NCBI GenBank assembly: GCA_038064195.1 | Contig: JBBTTO010000002.1 | Coordinates: 333,356 to 397,355, forward strand | Length of the DNA: 64,000 bases | From: Patescibacteria group bacterium | GTDB taxonomy: Bacteria > Patescibacteriota > Microgenomatia > Levybacterales > UBA12049 | Direction: 5' to 3' | Shown here: piece by piece, positions 18,242 through 28,089 of the stretch | How the letters are laid out: each line of letters begins with the position of its first letter | Numbering within the stretch: the stretch's first letter is position 1 | Made by a program: the position numbers and the translations under genes | The notes under the pieces: model-generated | What the model was told of the DNA's origin: nothing | Databases searched by the model: none | Seen by the model: the letters and a program-made list of their open reading frames with translations, nothing else

Positions 18242-21058
18242 ATGCTTCCCTTACTTGGTAAATTTTTCGACAGTAATGATCGTGAGATTACCAACCTCTC
18301 GAGTACTGTTAAAGCTATTAATGACCTCGATTCAAAGATTAAAAAACTGAAGGATACGGATTTTCCTAAACGAACTCAGGAACTTCGTGATCGGGTAGCT
18401 AAGGGTGAGTCACTTGATCTCATCCTCCCCGAAGCATTTGCACTGGTTCGCGAAGCGGCGTCACGAACTGTCGGGCTCAGACATTATGATGTCCAGCTGA
18501 TAGCGGCTACAGTTCTTTCACGCGGAAAGATCGCCGAACAAAAAACAGGAGAGGGAAAGACAATGTCGGCAGTGCCGGCTCTGTATCTCAACTCTCTTAC
18601 AGGGAAGAGTGTCCATTTAGTAACAGTCAATGACTACTTAGCCCGTCGTGACGCCGGTTGGATGGGTCCTATCTTTCACTTCCTCGGACTAAGTGTCGCA
18701 TCAATGATCAGTGAGGCATCATTCATCTATGATCCCTCTTTTACGAAAGAAGGAGAGGTTGATGAGCGGCTTTCTCATCTCAGGCCGATTACCCGTCAGG
18801 AAGCGTATAAAGCGGATGTTGTTTATGGCATTAACTCAGAATTTGGTTTTGACTATCTGCGTGACAATATGGTGCAGGATCCGGAACAACTTGTACAACG
18901 GGATTTCTACTTTGCAATTGTTGATGAGGTGGATTCAGTTCTCATCGATGAGGCTCGTACCCCCCATATCATCTCAGCTCCGGATGAGGCGCCCTCTGCC
19001 AAATATTATGAATACGCTAAACTCGTTGATAAACTCAGTTCAGATACGGATTATAAGATTGATGAAAAGTTACGTACTGCTCACTTAACAGATCACGGTA
19101 TCGGGAAAATCGAGAAGCTGTACGGTCTCTCAAATATTTATGAACAGGATTTTGATACGGTTTACCATATAGAGGCTGCACTTAAAGCCCGAACTCTCTT
19201 TCATAAAGAAAAAGATTACATCGTCAAAGACGGGCAAGTCATACTGGTGGATGAATTTACCGGCAGACTCATGGAAGGACGACGGTTATCTGAAGGGCTC
19301 CACCAGGCAATTGAGGCTAAAGAAGCAGTCCCGATCCAGCGTGAGTCCAAAACCTTAGCCACGGTGTCTCTACAGAACTATTTCCGCATGTATGAAAAGC
19401 TCGCCGGTATGACCGGAACCGCACTTACTGAGGCTGAAGAATTCAACAAAATTTATAAGCTTGACGTTGTTGTCATTCCGACCCACAATCCAATCGTTCG
19501 TGAAGATCTCGCGGATGCAGTCTACAAAACAACTCGCGCTAAATTAACAGCCGTGGTCAATGAAATTGTTGAAGCCCATAAAAAGGGTCAGCCCGTACTG
19601 ATCGGGACGACTGCTATTGATAAAAATGAGATTATTTCAGAACTCTTAAAGCGTCGGGGTGTCAAACACGAAGTCCTCAATGCCAAAAATCATGCCCGTG
19701 AGGCACAAATTATCTCTCAGGCAGGGAGAAAAGGGGCAGTGACTGTCGCGACCAATATGGCCGGACGAGGAGTGGATATCATCTTAGGTGGGGCGGAGTT
19801 GGGTGGTAAAGACAGTAAAAAAGACTGGGAGAAAGCTCACAAAGAGGTTATTGAACTCGGAGGGCTTTATGTTATCGGAACTGAGCGACATGAGTCACGT
19901 CGTATCGACAACCAGCTCAGAGGCCGCTCAGGACGTCAGGGAGATCCGGGGAAGTCACAGTTCTTTGTCGCACTCGATGATGACATCATGCGGCTTTTCG
20001 GTGGTGACCGTATCGCAGGGCTGATGACACGCTTTAATATGCCAGAGGATGTACCTCTTACTCACGGACTGGTCTCAAAAGCTATCGAAAATGCTCAGGT
20101 CAAAGTCGAAGGCTTTAACTTCGATATCAGGAAGCATTTGGTCGAATATGATGATGTGCTTAACAAACAGCGGGAGATTGTGTATTCGTCAAGACGAAAA
20201 GTTGTCGAAGCAGGATATGAGACAAAAGGAGCAAAAGGGACAAAAGAGACAAAGGGAGAAAGCCCTGAGATAGATACCCTTAGGGAGGATATTACTGAGA
20301 AGATTAGAGCTTCAATTGCTGCACTCGTGACAGTGAGCAGTGAAGCAAATTCTTTTGAGGAGATGGAAGATGTAAATGGCAAAATTATTCAGGAATTTGT
20401 GACGATAGTGCCTTTTGATGAACACTCCCAAAAGCACTTAGTTGAGCAGGTACAGCAATACCATACCGCTGAGGAGAAGACTGAGTTCTTGACGAAGATT
20501 GCTGCAGATGTCTATGGTCAACGGGAAAAAGCCATGGGTGAAACAACGATGCGGAAGGTGGAGCGATTTGTCATGTTATCTGTTATAGACAATCTGTGGA
20601 TGGATCATCTCGATGCGATCGATAACCTCCGTCAGGGTATCGGACTGAGGGGCTATGCCCAGAAAGATCCGCTCGTTGAGTACAAAAATGAAGCGTATAA
20701 GATGTTTGAACAGTTGATGTGGACTATTGACGATCAGGTAGTTCATCGCATTTTCAAGATTCAAGTTCAGGAGCAGGTCCAACCAGGCCATGAGGGGCAC
20801 AATCATGGAGCATTCCAAGCCAATGTCAACTTAGATGCGGCCGTCACCAATACTCCGGAAAGTGAAGTCAGCACTGAGGTGCTCGTGCAGAAGAACGCGG
20901 AAAAAAGAAATATCGCAGAACCACGCGGAAATGAGGATCAGCGTAGTTTAGCATCTGGTTCAGCAGAAAGCAGCGCTGACAAGCATAAGCTGGGGCGAAA
21001 CGATCCCTGTTGGTGTGGCTCTGGCAAGAAGTATAAGAAATGTCATTACCCAAATTAG
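18242..21058 (+). CDS. secA: Preprotein translocase ATPase SecA
   Basis: KTGEGKT, VDEVDSVLIDEARTP, ATNMAGRG, RIDNQLRGRSGRQGDPG, C-terminal SEC-C CWCGSGKKYKKCH. Confidence 0.99.
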   Translation: MLPLLGKFFDSNDREITNLSSTVKAINDLDSKIKKLKDTDFPKRTQELRDRVAKGESLDLILPEAFALVREAASRTVGLRHYDVQLIAATVLSRGKIAEQKTGEGKTMSAVPALYLNSLTGKSVHLVTVNDYLARRDAGWMGPIFHFLGLSVASMISEASFIYDPSFTKEGEVDERLSHLRPITRQEAYKADVVYGINSEFGFDYLRDNMVQDPEQLVQRDFYFAIVDEVDSVLIDEARTPHIISAPDEAPSAKYYEYAKLVDKLSSDTDYKIDEKLRTAHLTDHGIGKIEKLYGLSNIYEQDFDTVYHIEAALKARTLFHKEKDYIVKDGQVILVDEFTGRLMEGRRLSEGLHQAIEAKEAVPIQRESKTLATVSLQNYFRMYEKLAGMTGTALTEAEEFNKIYKLDVVVIPTHNPIVREDLADAVYKTTRAKLTAVVNEIVEAHKKGQPVLIGTTAIDKNEIISELLKRRGVKHEVLNAKNHAREAQIISQAGRKGAVTVATNMAGRGVDIILGGAELGGKDSKKDWEKAHKEVIELGGLYVIGTERHESRRIDNQLRGRSGRQGDPGKSQFFVALDDDIMRLFGGDRIAGLMTRFNMPEDVPLTHGLVSKAIENAQVKVEGFNFDIRKHLVEYDDVLNKQREIVYSSRRKVVEAGYETKGAKGTKETKGESPEIDTLREDITEKIRASIAALVTVSSEANSFEEMEDVNGKIIQEFVTIVPFDEHSQKHLVEQVQQYHTAEEKTEFLTKIAADVYGQREKAMGETTMRKVERFVMLSVIDNLWMDHLDAIDNLRQGIGLRGYAQKDPLVEYKNEAYKMFEQLMWTIDDQVVHRIFKIQVQEQVQPGHEGHNHGAFQANVNLDAAVTNTPESEVSTEVLVQKNAEKRNIAEPRGNEDQRSLASGSAESSADKHKLGRNDPCWCGSGKKYKKCHYPN
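20219..20263 (+). repeat. In-frame 9-mer tandem array inside secA (ETKGAKGTKETKGES)
   Basis: gagacaaaa|ggagcaaaa|gggacaaaa|gagacaaag|ggagaaagc; same unit as the arrays flanking 41485-41853. Confidence 0.8.
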
Positions 21059-21067
21059 GGTAATGAA

Positions 21068-21085
21068 CCTGAGCCTGTCGAAGGG
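21068..21085. repeat. Mini dispersed element cctgagcctgtcgaaggg
   Basis: 16/17 match to the reverse complement of 43100-43116 (ccttcgacaagctcagg). Confidence 0.7.
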
Positions 21086-21165
21086 CCACTATCCACAACT
21101 CCCGCAGCAACAGTAAGGATAGCGCTTAAAATTTTTACCACTACCCTATCTTTCACTATAAGCAT

Positions 21166-22380
21166 CTACTCATACCGTAGAGCGTCGATTGGGGAAAGTT
21201 TGGCAGCACGTTGGGCAGGATACATTCCAAAAACTATTCCGACTAACATTGAGACACCAAACGCAACAGTGACAGCAATCGGGCTTACCACTAATGGAAT
21301 GCCAACTAAAATTGCAATAACTCCAGCGCCAAATATTCCTAGCAAAATTCCTGCTACTCCCCCAATGCCAGTCATCACGATTGCCTCGAGTAAAAATTGA
21401 AGCAAGATGTCTTTATCATCTGCGCCGATTGACTTTAGCAATCCAATTTCCTTTGTTCGTTCAGTCACCGAAACTAACATAATATTCATTACGCCGACTC
21501 CGCCAACGACAAGCGATATTGCGGAAATTGCGACAATGATTAACGTTAAGACATTTGTGATTGTTTTAACAATGGTTAAAGAATCCGTTGCACTTGCCGT
21601 AATAAAGTCGTTTTCCTCGCCTACTTTTAAGTTATGACGTTCCCGGAGCAATTCCGTTACTTGATTAATCGTTTCATTCATTAAATTTGTGTCCTTTACC
21701 TCAATATCGACTTCACGAATGGTAGAGCTTCCTGCAACCTCATTCATTGCCGTGTTGATCGGAATGAATAATGCATTATCAAAAAAACCTCCAAACAATA
21801 CGCTTCCCGATCGAGTTACTCCAATGACTTTAAATGTTTTATTAGCTATTTTTATTTTCTCGCCAACTGAATTTGTCCCTTGTCCAAAAAAAGTTTCTGA
21901 GACTTTATCACCAATGACTACTACTTGTTCAGAATTCAAATTATTATCAGCAGTAATGAATTCTCCGTGAACCATCGTAGGGTTTAAAAGATCAACTATT
22001 TCTGGGCTCATGCCATATACCAAGATTATTTTGTCGACATCATTCGCAGAAACAGATACAGATGTGGTCACGAATGCACCAACATTCTTAATGTTCGTAA
22101 GTGAAGTATCTTTTCGGATTGCTTCCACATCTTCAAGTGTGATGGTATCTGCGCCACCACCCATACTAGACATAAGACTACTTCCAGGATTTATCTGGAA
22201 AAAATTTGTGCCAAACGAGGACAATTCGTTATTCACAAAAACTACAGCACCTTGACCAATGGAGTAAATTAAAATAACTGAAGAAATACCAATGATAATT
22301 CCAAGCATCGTAAGAAATGTTCTCATCCCGTTGCTTTTTAATGAAGTAAATGCTGATTGAAATAATTCCTTAAGATCCAT
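21166..22380 (-). CDS. MacB/FtsX-family ABC transporter permease
   Basis: RTFLTMLGIIIGISSV, GGVGVMNIMLVSVTERTKEIG, PAQRAAKLSPIDALRYE. Confidence 0.95.
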   Translation of the reverse strand: MDLKELFQSAFTSLKSNGMRTFLTMLGIIIGISSVILIYSIGQGAVVFVNNELSSFGTNFFQINPGSSLMSSMGGGADTITLEDVEAIRKDTSLTNIKNVGAFVTTSVSVSANDVDKIILVYGMSPEIVDLLNPTMVHGEFITADNNLNSEQVVVIGDKVSETFFGQGTNSVGEKIKIANKTFKVIGVTRSGSVLFGGFFDNALFIPINTAMNEVAGSSTIREVDIEVKDTNLMNETINQVTELLRERHNLKVGEENDFITASATDSLTIVKTITNVLTLIIVAISAISLVVGGVGVMNIMLVSVTERTKEIGLLKSIGADDKDILLQFLLEAIVMTGIGGVAGILLGIFGAGVIAILVGIPLVVSPIAVTVAFGVSMLVGIVFGMYPAQRAAKLSPIDALRYE

Positions 22381-23086
22381 ATTTTTTTTTATTCATGTCA
22401 CTTACAATTTTTCCGTCAACGATATGGATTCTTCTATCTGTATAATTCGCAATCTTTTCGTCGTGAGTTATAACGGCAACAGTACTTCCTTTTTCATGAA
22501 GGTCGTGTAACAATTGCATAATTTCCCGAGAAGTTTTAGAGTCCAAATTCCCCGTGGGTTCATCTGCAAGAATAATCTCGGGATTCATAATTAAAGCTCT
22601 TGCTATAGCAACGCGCTGTATCTCCCCGCCGGAGATTTTATTCGACATATTTTGAGCTTTCTCTCCAAGCCCTACTAATTGAAGAGCTTTCATTACGCGG
22701 GATTTTCGTTCCTCACTCGGTATATGTCCATAGAGCATAGGACGTTCGACATTTTTTAAAACTGTGGTTCGTGGAAGAAGATTGTATGATTGAAAAACAA
22801 ATCCGATTTCTTTATTCCGAATTTTTGCGAGTTCACTAGAAGTATAACTACTTATATCTTTTCCTTTAAATAGATATTTTCCACTTGTTATGGTATCTAG
22901 AGCGCCAATAATATGCATTAACGTAGATTTTCCAGAACCGGACGGACCGGTAATAGATAAAAATTCCCCTTTCTTAATTGATAATGAGATTCCTTGGATA
23001 GCACGATATTTTGACCCATCTGGCATGGGGAAGTCTTTTATAATGTTTATTAGCTGAATAAGTCTTTCATCATCTTTCGTTTTCAT
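22370..23086 (-). CDS. MacB/LolD-type ABC transporter ATP-binding protein
   Basis: GPSGSGKST, ISGGEIQRVAIARAL, LADEPTGNLD. Confidence 0.95.
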   Translation of the reverse strand: MKTKDDERLIQLINIIKDFPMPDGSKYRAIQGISLSIKKGEFLSITGPSGSGKSTLMHIIGALDTITSGKYLFKGKDISSYTSSELAKIRNKEIGFVFQSYNLLPRTTVLKNVERPMLYGHIPSEERKSRVMKALQLVGLGEKAQNMSNKISGGEIQRVAIARALIMNPEIILADEPTGNLDSKTSREIMQLLHDLHEKGSTVAVITHDEKIANYTDRRIHIVDGKIVSDMNKKKYGS

Positions 23087-24315
23087 AATCCTAAAAAGCT
23101 AGGCTTTTTGGCTCTTATATTCGTGAGCGCTGTAATAATTTCCTGACCTTCAGAAATGCCGTTCAAAATTTGAGTTCGCGTTTCGCCTTTTACACCAATA
23201 ATAACCGGAATATATTTCATTTCATTTTTTTCTAATACGCGAACTGACTTTAGGCCATTGTTCAAAACAACTGCCGAACTTGGTATGGTTAACACGTTTT
23301 CCAAATTTTGGGTTGTGATATCACAGTCAAATGTCATTCCTGATTTTAAAGAGGTATCATTTTCAATTTCGACATAGACTGTGTAGTTAGTCACTCCTTG
23401 TACATTTTCACCAATACTGTTGATTCTTAAAACTATCCCTTTAAACTTTTTATCTTTATATGCATCTGGTTTTATTACAACTGGTTGTCCAATTTTTATT
23501 TTTGCGATATTTGTTTGTCCCACTATTACAACTCCTTCTGATTCCTCACTATTTTTTATAATCAGCGCTGGTTTTACTGTTGGTGTCAGAGCTGACTGCG
23601 GATGTAGTGAATCGCCTTTGGAAAAGGAAATATTTTCTACAATTCCATCAATCGGAGAGTTTGCGGTTGCTGTTTTGGTCATCAGATACGCGTTATATGC
23701 ATTATCTACAGCTGCTTGGTCACGAGCAATAACTCCTTGTTGGTTTTTAAAGTTATCTTCGGCTGCAAGCCAATCATTTTGGGCTGAAATAAATTCAGCT
23801 GCGGTTCTATTCTGAATATTTGGTGTTCCATCTGAATTTTCATATGTTGAATTTGTAGAAAGATCTATATATTTCTTCCATGAGGTAAACATACTAGACT
23901 GTAATGTGTGCAAATTTGCATTTGAGGCGTCAAGAATTGATTTTGCTGCCATATAATTCGCATAGGCAGTTTTCTTTTCTTGGTCTGTTGCGCTACTTAC
24001 TACTAAAAATAAAGGCTGATTTTTGGTGACATGCTCACCGTTTTCCACATATACCTCAGATACTGTTCCGTTTGTAGGAGAGAAGATTGGTAAATTTCCA
24101 TCCGTGGTGATTAATCCGGATTCAGATACAATTTCTGCAAGAGAAGTTCTTTGTGCTTTCTCAAATACATAACCGCTTCGTGTGTCGGAGGTACGAAATA
24201 CAAATACAAGGAATACGGCTAATACAATAATAAATATCCCTAAAATACCAATCCGTTTATGTCTTAAATACAATCTCCATAAAGATCCCAATGGTCGTTG
24301 TATGCTTATATTCAT
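23083..24315 (-). CDS. MacA/HlyD-family membrane fusion (adaptor) protein
   Basis: N-terminal TM, SPTNGTVSEVYVENG lipoyl-like half, SPIDGIV, LKSGMT, VLTIPSSAV. ATG at 24315 preferred over the TTG at 24372. Confidence 0.88.
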   Translation of the reverse strand: MNISIQRPLGSLWRLYLRHKRIGILGIFIIVLAVFLVFVFRTSDTRSGYVFEKAQRTSLAEIVSESGLITTDGNLPIFSPTNGTVSEVYVENGEHVTKNQPLFLVVSSATDQEKKTAYANYMAAKSILDASNANLHTLQSSMFTSWKKYIDLSTNSTYENSDGTPNIQNRTAAEFISAQNDWLAAEDNFKNQQGVIARDQAAVDNAYNAYLMTKTATANSPIDGIVENISFSKGDSLHPQSALTPTVKPALIIKNSEESEGVVIVGQTNIAKIKIGQPVVIKPDAYKDKKFKGIVLRINSIGENVQGVTNYTVYVEIENDTSLKSGMTFDCDITTQNLENVLTIPSSAVVLNNGLKSVRVLEKNEMKYIPVIIGVKGETRTQILNGISEGQEIITALTNIRAKKPSFLGL

Positions 24316-24679
24316 GGCCCTATGATAGAGGATCTCGATTTTGGGCTCAATGATCCTGATCACTCGGCCCAAAGGAATTAAAAAATGTTAAGTAATGTTC
24401 CACGATCATTTTGACGCAAATGGTGGAATAATAGGCTGTACCCTATTCAGAAGACACTTCCCTCCAGAGGCGGGCGGGCAAAAAATGCACTTGAGTAGTG
24501 ATTTAGGCTGATAGTTATTATAAAACTCCTTATCTAACCGCTAAAAAATAATTCAAGTACGAATGTCTCTTCTGTATACAAGGTATTTAGATTCATAGAT
24601 TTTACGTATCTCTATAACTTAGGGGTCCCATATAGCAACCATAATAATGTAGACTGGGAGAAGGATATATTTTTTATCT

Positions 24680-27358
24680 ATGGAAAGCTTCTGGTATTCA
24701 AAAAGTATTCTTGATACTCTTAAAAGTCTTCATTCTGATGAAAAGGGTTTAACTCAAGAAGAAGCGAAGGTTCGTATTGGAAAATATGGATTTAATAAGC
24801 TACCGGACGCAAAGCTGGATAGTCTGCTTTTAATTTTTCTTCGTCAATTTCAAAGTCCACTCATTTATATCCTCATTTTTGCCAGTTTAATTGTGTTTTT
24901 GATGAAGGAGTTTATTGACGGCTCTATTATTCTATTCGTACTGCTTTTCAATGCGGTCGTTGGCACAATTCAAGAGGGTAAGGCTCAAAATACCCTCCTA
25001 GCGTTAAAAAAGTTTGCTGAGACTAATACTAAAGTGCTTCGTGATGGCAAAGAGCTTGTTATTCCTGACTATGAAGTTGTACCAGGGGATATGGTAATGC
25101 TGCAGGAAGGGGATAAAGTTCCAGCTGATGCCAGAATAATTATTTCTAATAATCTAACAGTTGATGAAGCAGCTTTAACTGGAGAGTCAGAACCAGTTTC
25201 CAAAGTTGATGAACTATTGTCCGCTACAAATCTAACCACGGCCGATCAAAAAAATATGGTTTTTAAAGGAACGAATGTTGTGGCTGGAAATGGCAAAGCA
25301 ATTGTAGTGGCTACAGGTCTGGAGACTGTTTTGGGGAAAATATCAAAAGAAATAGCTGTTATCAATACGGAAATTCCTCTTAAGGCAAACATACGTTACC
25401 TAACAAGACTGATTATTATAACCGTTTTCACAATTTGTACTTCTATATTTATTCTTGGAATTTTCCTAGGCCACTCAGTAAGGGAAATGTTTACTACAGT
25501 TGTGTCTCTTGCTGTATCTATTATTCCGGAAGGTTTGCCAATTGTTATGACATTGGTCCTTGCAACAGGTGTATGGAGAATGAGTAAGCGTAACGCTTTA
25601 GTTAAAAAGTTACAAGCAGTTGAGGCATTAGGTCAGGCACAAGTTATCGCAGTTGATAAAACAGGCACCCTTACCGAGAACAAAATAATTCTGCAAAAAT
25701 TATATGTTGATGGGAAGACTTTTACAGTAGCGGGCGAAGGATACAAACCTGAAGGAGACATAATGCTTGATGGTAGCAAGATTGACCCACTCAGCCATCA
25801 GGATTTACTTTTATGCGGGAAAATAGCAGCTTTGGGTACGAATGCCGGTATTGTATTGAATGAAGAAAATAAAACATGGGAGGTAACCGGTGACCCTACG
25901 GAATCAGCCTTATCAGTCTTTGCTCAAAAAGTAGGATTTCATAAAGACGTTTTGGAAAAAGAGTCACCAAAAATTTCTGAGATACCGTTTGACTATAAAA
26001 CTAAATATCATGCCACAACACACAAGGTAGATGGAGCTATTTTTACAACAATAATTGGTGCTCCTGAGGAAATTCTAGATGTAGCTTCTAAATTTTGGCA
26101 TGATGGCAAAAGCCAACTAGTAACTGCCGAGAAAAAAAAGGAGTTAGAATCCAATCTTATCGGGATGTATGGACAGGGCTTACGCGTGTTAGCGTGCGCT
26201 ATAAAAGATGAATCACCTGAAGAGTTACAGCCAACGGATATTAATGACCTTACCTTTGTTGGATTTATGGGGTTGAAGGACGCTCTCAGACCGGAGGTGC
26301 ATGAGGCTGTTGCGGAAGCAATATCTGCCGGAATAAAAGTAGTCATGATTACCGGAGACCATAAAATCACGGCAGAGGCTATTGCAAGAGAGGCGGGAAT
26401 TTATCACGACGGAGACACTATCCTAACAGGTGAAGATATTGAATCACTGTCCAATGAAGAATTTGTCGGGGTGCTTGAAAAGGTATCAGTTTTTGCAAGA
26501 GTTACACCTGAGGACAAGCTAAAAATAGTTCTTGCTTACAAAAAGAAAGGATTGGTTATAGCTATGACCGGGGATGGGGTAAATGACGCCCCATCGCTTG
26601 TCGCAGCAGATTTAGGGGTCTCAATGGGTAGAATCGGGACAGAAGTGGCAAAGGAAGCCTCAGATATAGTTCTTCTTGATGATAATTTCACAAGCATTGT
26701 TGCAGCTATAGAGGAAGGTCGTAGTATTTATAAAACTATTAAAAAAGTCATTCTGTACCTTTTTTCTACCAGTTTTGGGGAAGTATTTACAATTGTCGGA
26801 GCATTGTTGCTTGGGCTTCCTTTGCCAATTCTGGCCGCTCAGATTGTATGGCTAAACTTTGTGACTGATGGTTTTTTGGATGTCTCTTTGGCTATGGAAC
26901 CTAAAGAAGGAGATTTGCTTAAAGGGACATTTAAGCATCCCAGTAAGTATTTATTAGATAAGTTGTCTCTAGAGAGAATGTTTTTGATGGCAGTTCCAAT
27001 GATGGTTGGTACGCTCTTTCTTTTTAGCAGATATTATCAGGGCGATATAGTTAAAGCCGGGACCATTTCATTAACTGTTCTGGCTGTTTTTCAGTGGTTC
27101 AATGCTTGGAATTGTAGGCATGAAAGCAAGTCAATTTTCCAACTGAATCCCTTTTCTAACAAGTTTTTGGTTGGTGCTACTATTATTGTTGCTTCTCTTC
27201 AGGTAGTTGCTATATATGTACCATTTATGCAAAAAATACTACAGACCACAGGCTTGAATTTATTTGACTGGATTATAGTTATCTTTGTTGCCTCATCAAT
27301 AATTTTGGTTGAGGAGCTGAGGAAATTACGCTACAGGAGAGCTCATAACCTCAAGTGA
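24680..27358 (+). CDS. Cation-transporting P-type ATPase, type IIA (Ca2+-like)
   Basis: TGES, PEGL, DKTGTLT, MITGD, MTGDGVNDAP, WLNFVTDG. Confidence 0.95.
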   Translation: MESFWYSKSILDTLKSLHSDEKGLTQEEAKVRIGKYGFNKLPDAKLDSLLLIFLRQFQSPLIYILIFASLIVFLMKEFIDGSIILFVLLFNAVVGTIQEGKAQNTLLALKKFAETNTKVLRDGKELVIPDYEVVPGDMVMLQEGDKVPADARIIISNNLTVDEAALTGESEPVSKVDELLSATNLTTADQKNMVFKGTNVVAGNGKAIVVATGLETVLGKISKEIAVINTEIPLKANIRYLTRLIIITVFTICTSIFILGIFLGHSVREMFTTVVSLAVSIIPEGLPIVMTLVLATGVWRMSKRNALVKKLQAVEALGQAQVIAVDKTGTLTENKIILQKLYVDGKTFTVAGEGYKPEGDIMLDGSKIDPLSHQDLLLCGKIAALGTNAGIVLNEENKTWEVTGDPTESALSVFAQKVGFHKDVLEKESPKISEIPFDYKTKYHATTHKVDGAIFTTIIGAPEEILDVASKFWHDGKSQLVTAEKKKELESNLIGMYGQGLRVLACAIKDESPEELQPTDINDLTFVGFMGLKDALRPEVHEAVAEAISAGIKVVMITGDHKITAEAIAREAGIYHDGDTILTGEDIESLSNEEFVGVLEKVSVFARVTPEDKLKIVLAYKKKGLVIAMTGDGVNDAPSLVAADLGVSMGRIGTEVAKEASDIVLLDDNFTSIVAAIEEGRSIYKTIKKVILYLFSTSFGEVFTIVGALLLGLPLPILAAQIVWLNFVTDGFLDVSLAMEPKEGDLLKGTFKHPSKYLLDKLSLERMFLMAVPMMVGTLFLFSRYYQGDIVKAGTISLTVLAVFQWFNAWNCRHESKSIFQLNPFSNKFLVGATIIVASLQVVAIYVPFMQKILQTTGLNLFDWIIVIFVASSIILVEELRKLRYRRAHNLK

Positions 27359-27465
27359 GACCTATAAACGGATGGGTTTTATTGAAGAACAGATTAATCT
27401 CGTAAAACGAATAGAGTAATTTTTTAATAATCATTAGGATCCTATGGTATACTCGAGATGAAATT

Positions 27466-28026
27466 ATGAAGATTCCCGATAATGCGAAATTGGTTTTTAA
27501 GGGGGTTATCTTTGATGTCTATCAATGGCAGCAGGAACTCTTTGACGGGAGTCAGGCTACTTTTGAAGCGCTCAAAAGGCCAGGGACCGTGCAAGTGATC
27601 CCGACAGTCGGGGATAGAGTTTTACTTTCTTATGAAGAACAGCCCGGCAAACCACGCCGTCACACTTTTTTTGGCGGACGGATGGAAGAAGGGGAGGAGC
27701 CATTGACTGCTATTAAGAGGGAACTTTTGGAAGAGACAGGTCTTCAGTCTGACGACTGGGAATTATATAAAGAATATGTATCAGGCGGTAAAATAATCTG
27801 GCCGATATATCTCTACGTTGCCCGTAACTGTAGAAAAGTTACAGAACCGCGTTTAGACCCGGGCGAAAAAATCGATATTAAAGAGTTTGGCTTTGAAGAA
27901 TTTGTCGATATTGTTTCCCGCGAGGATTTTATGGAGACACAGACCTCCAATGAAGTATTCCGTTTCAAACAAGATGCAGACAAACTTGAAGATTTCAGGA
28001 AACTTATTTTCCCTTATCACGATTGA
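27466..28026 (+). CDS. NUDIX hydrolase, ADP-ribose pyrophosphatase-like
   Basis: Nudix box GGRMEEGEEPLTAIKRELLEETG; LDPGEKI. Confidence 0.9.
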   Translation: MKIPDNAKLVFKGVIFDVYQWQQELFDGSQATFEALKRPGTVQVIPTVGDRVLLSYEEQPGKPRRHTFFGGRMEEGEEPLTAIKRELLEETGLQSDDWELYKEYVSGGKIIWPIYLYVARNCRKVTEPRLDPGEKIDIKEFGFEEFVDIVSREDFMETQTSNEVFRFKQDADKLEDFRKLIFPYHD

Positions 28027-28089
28027 GGATGTTCGCAACTTCTAACTACCTCATTTGACTCTCGCTTGGAAAAATGCGACCATATCTAT

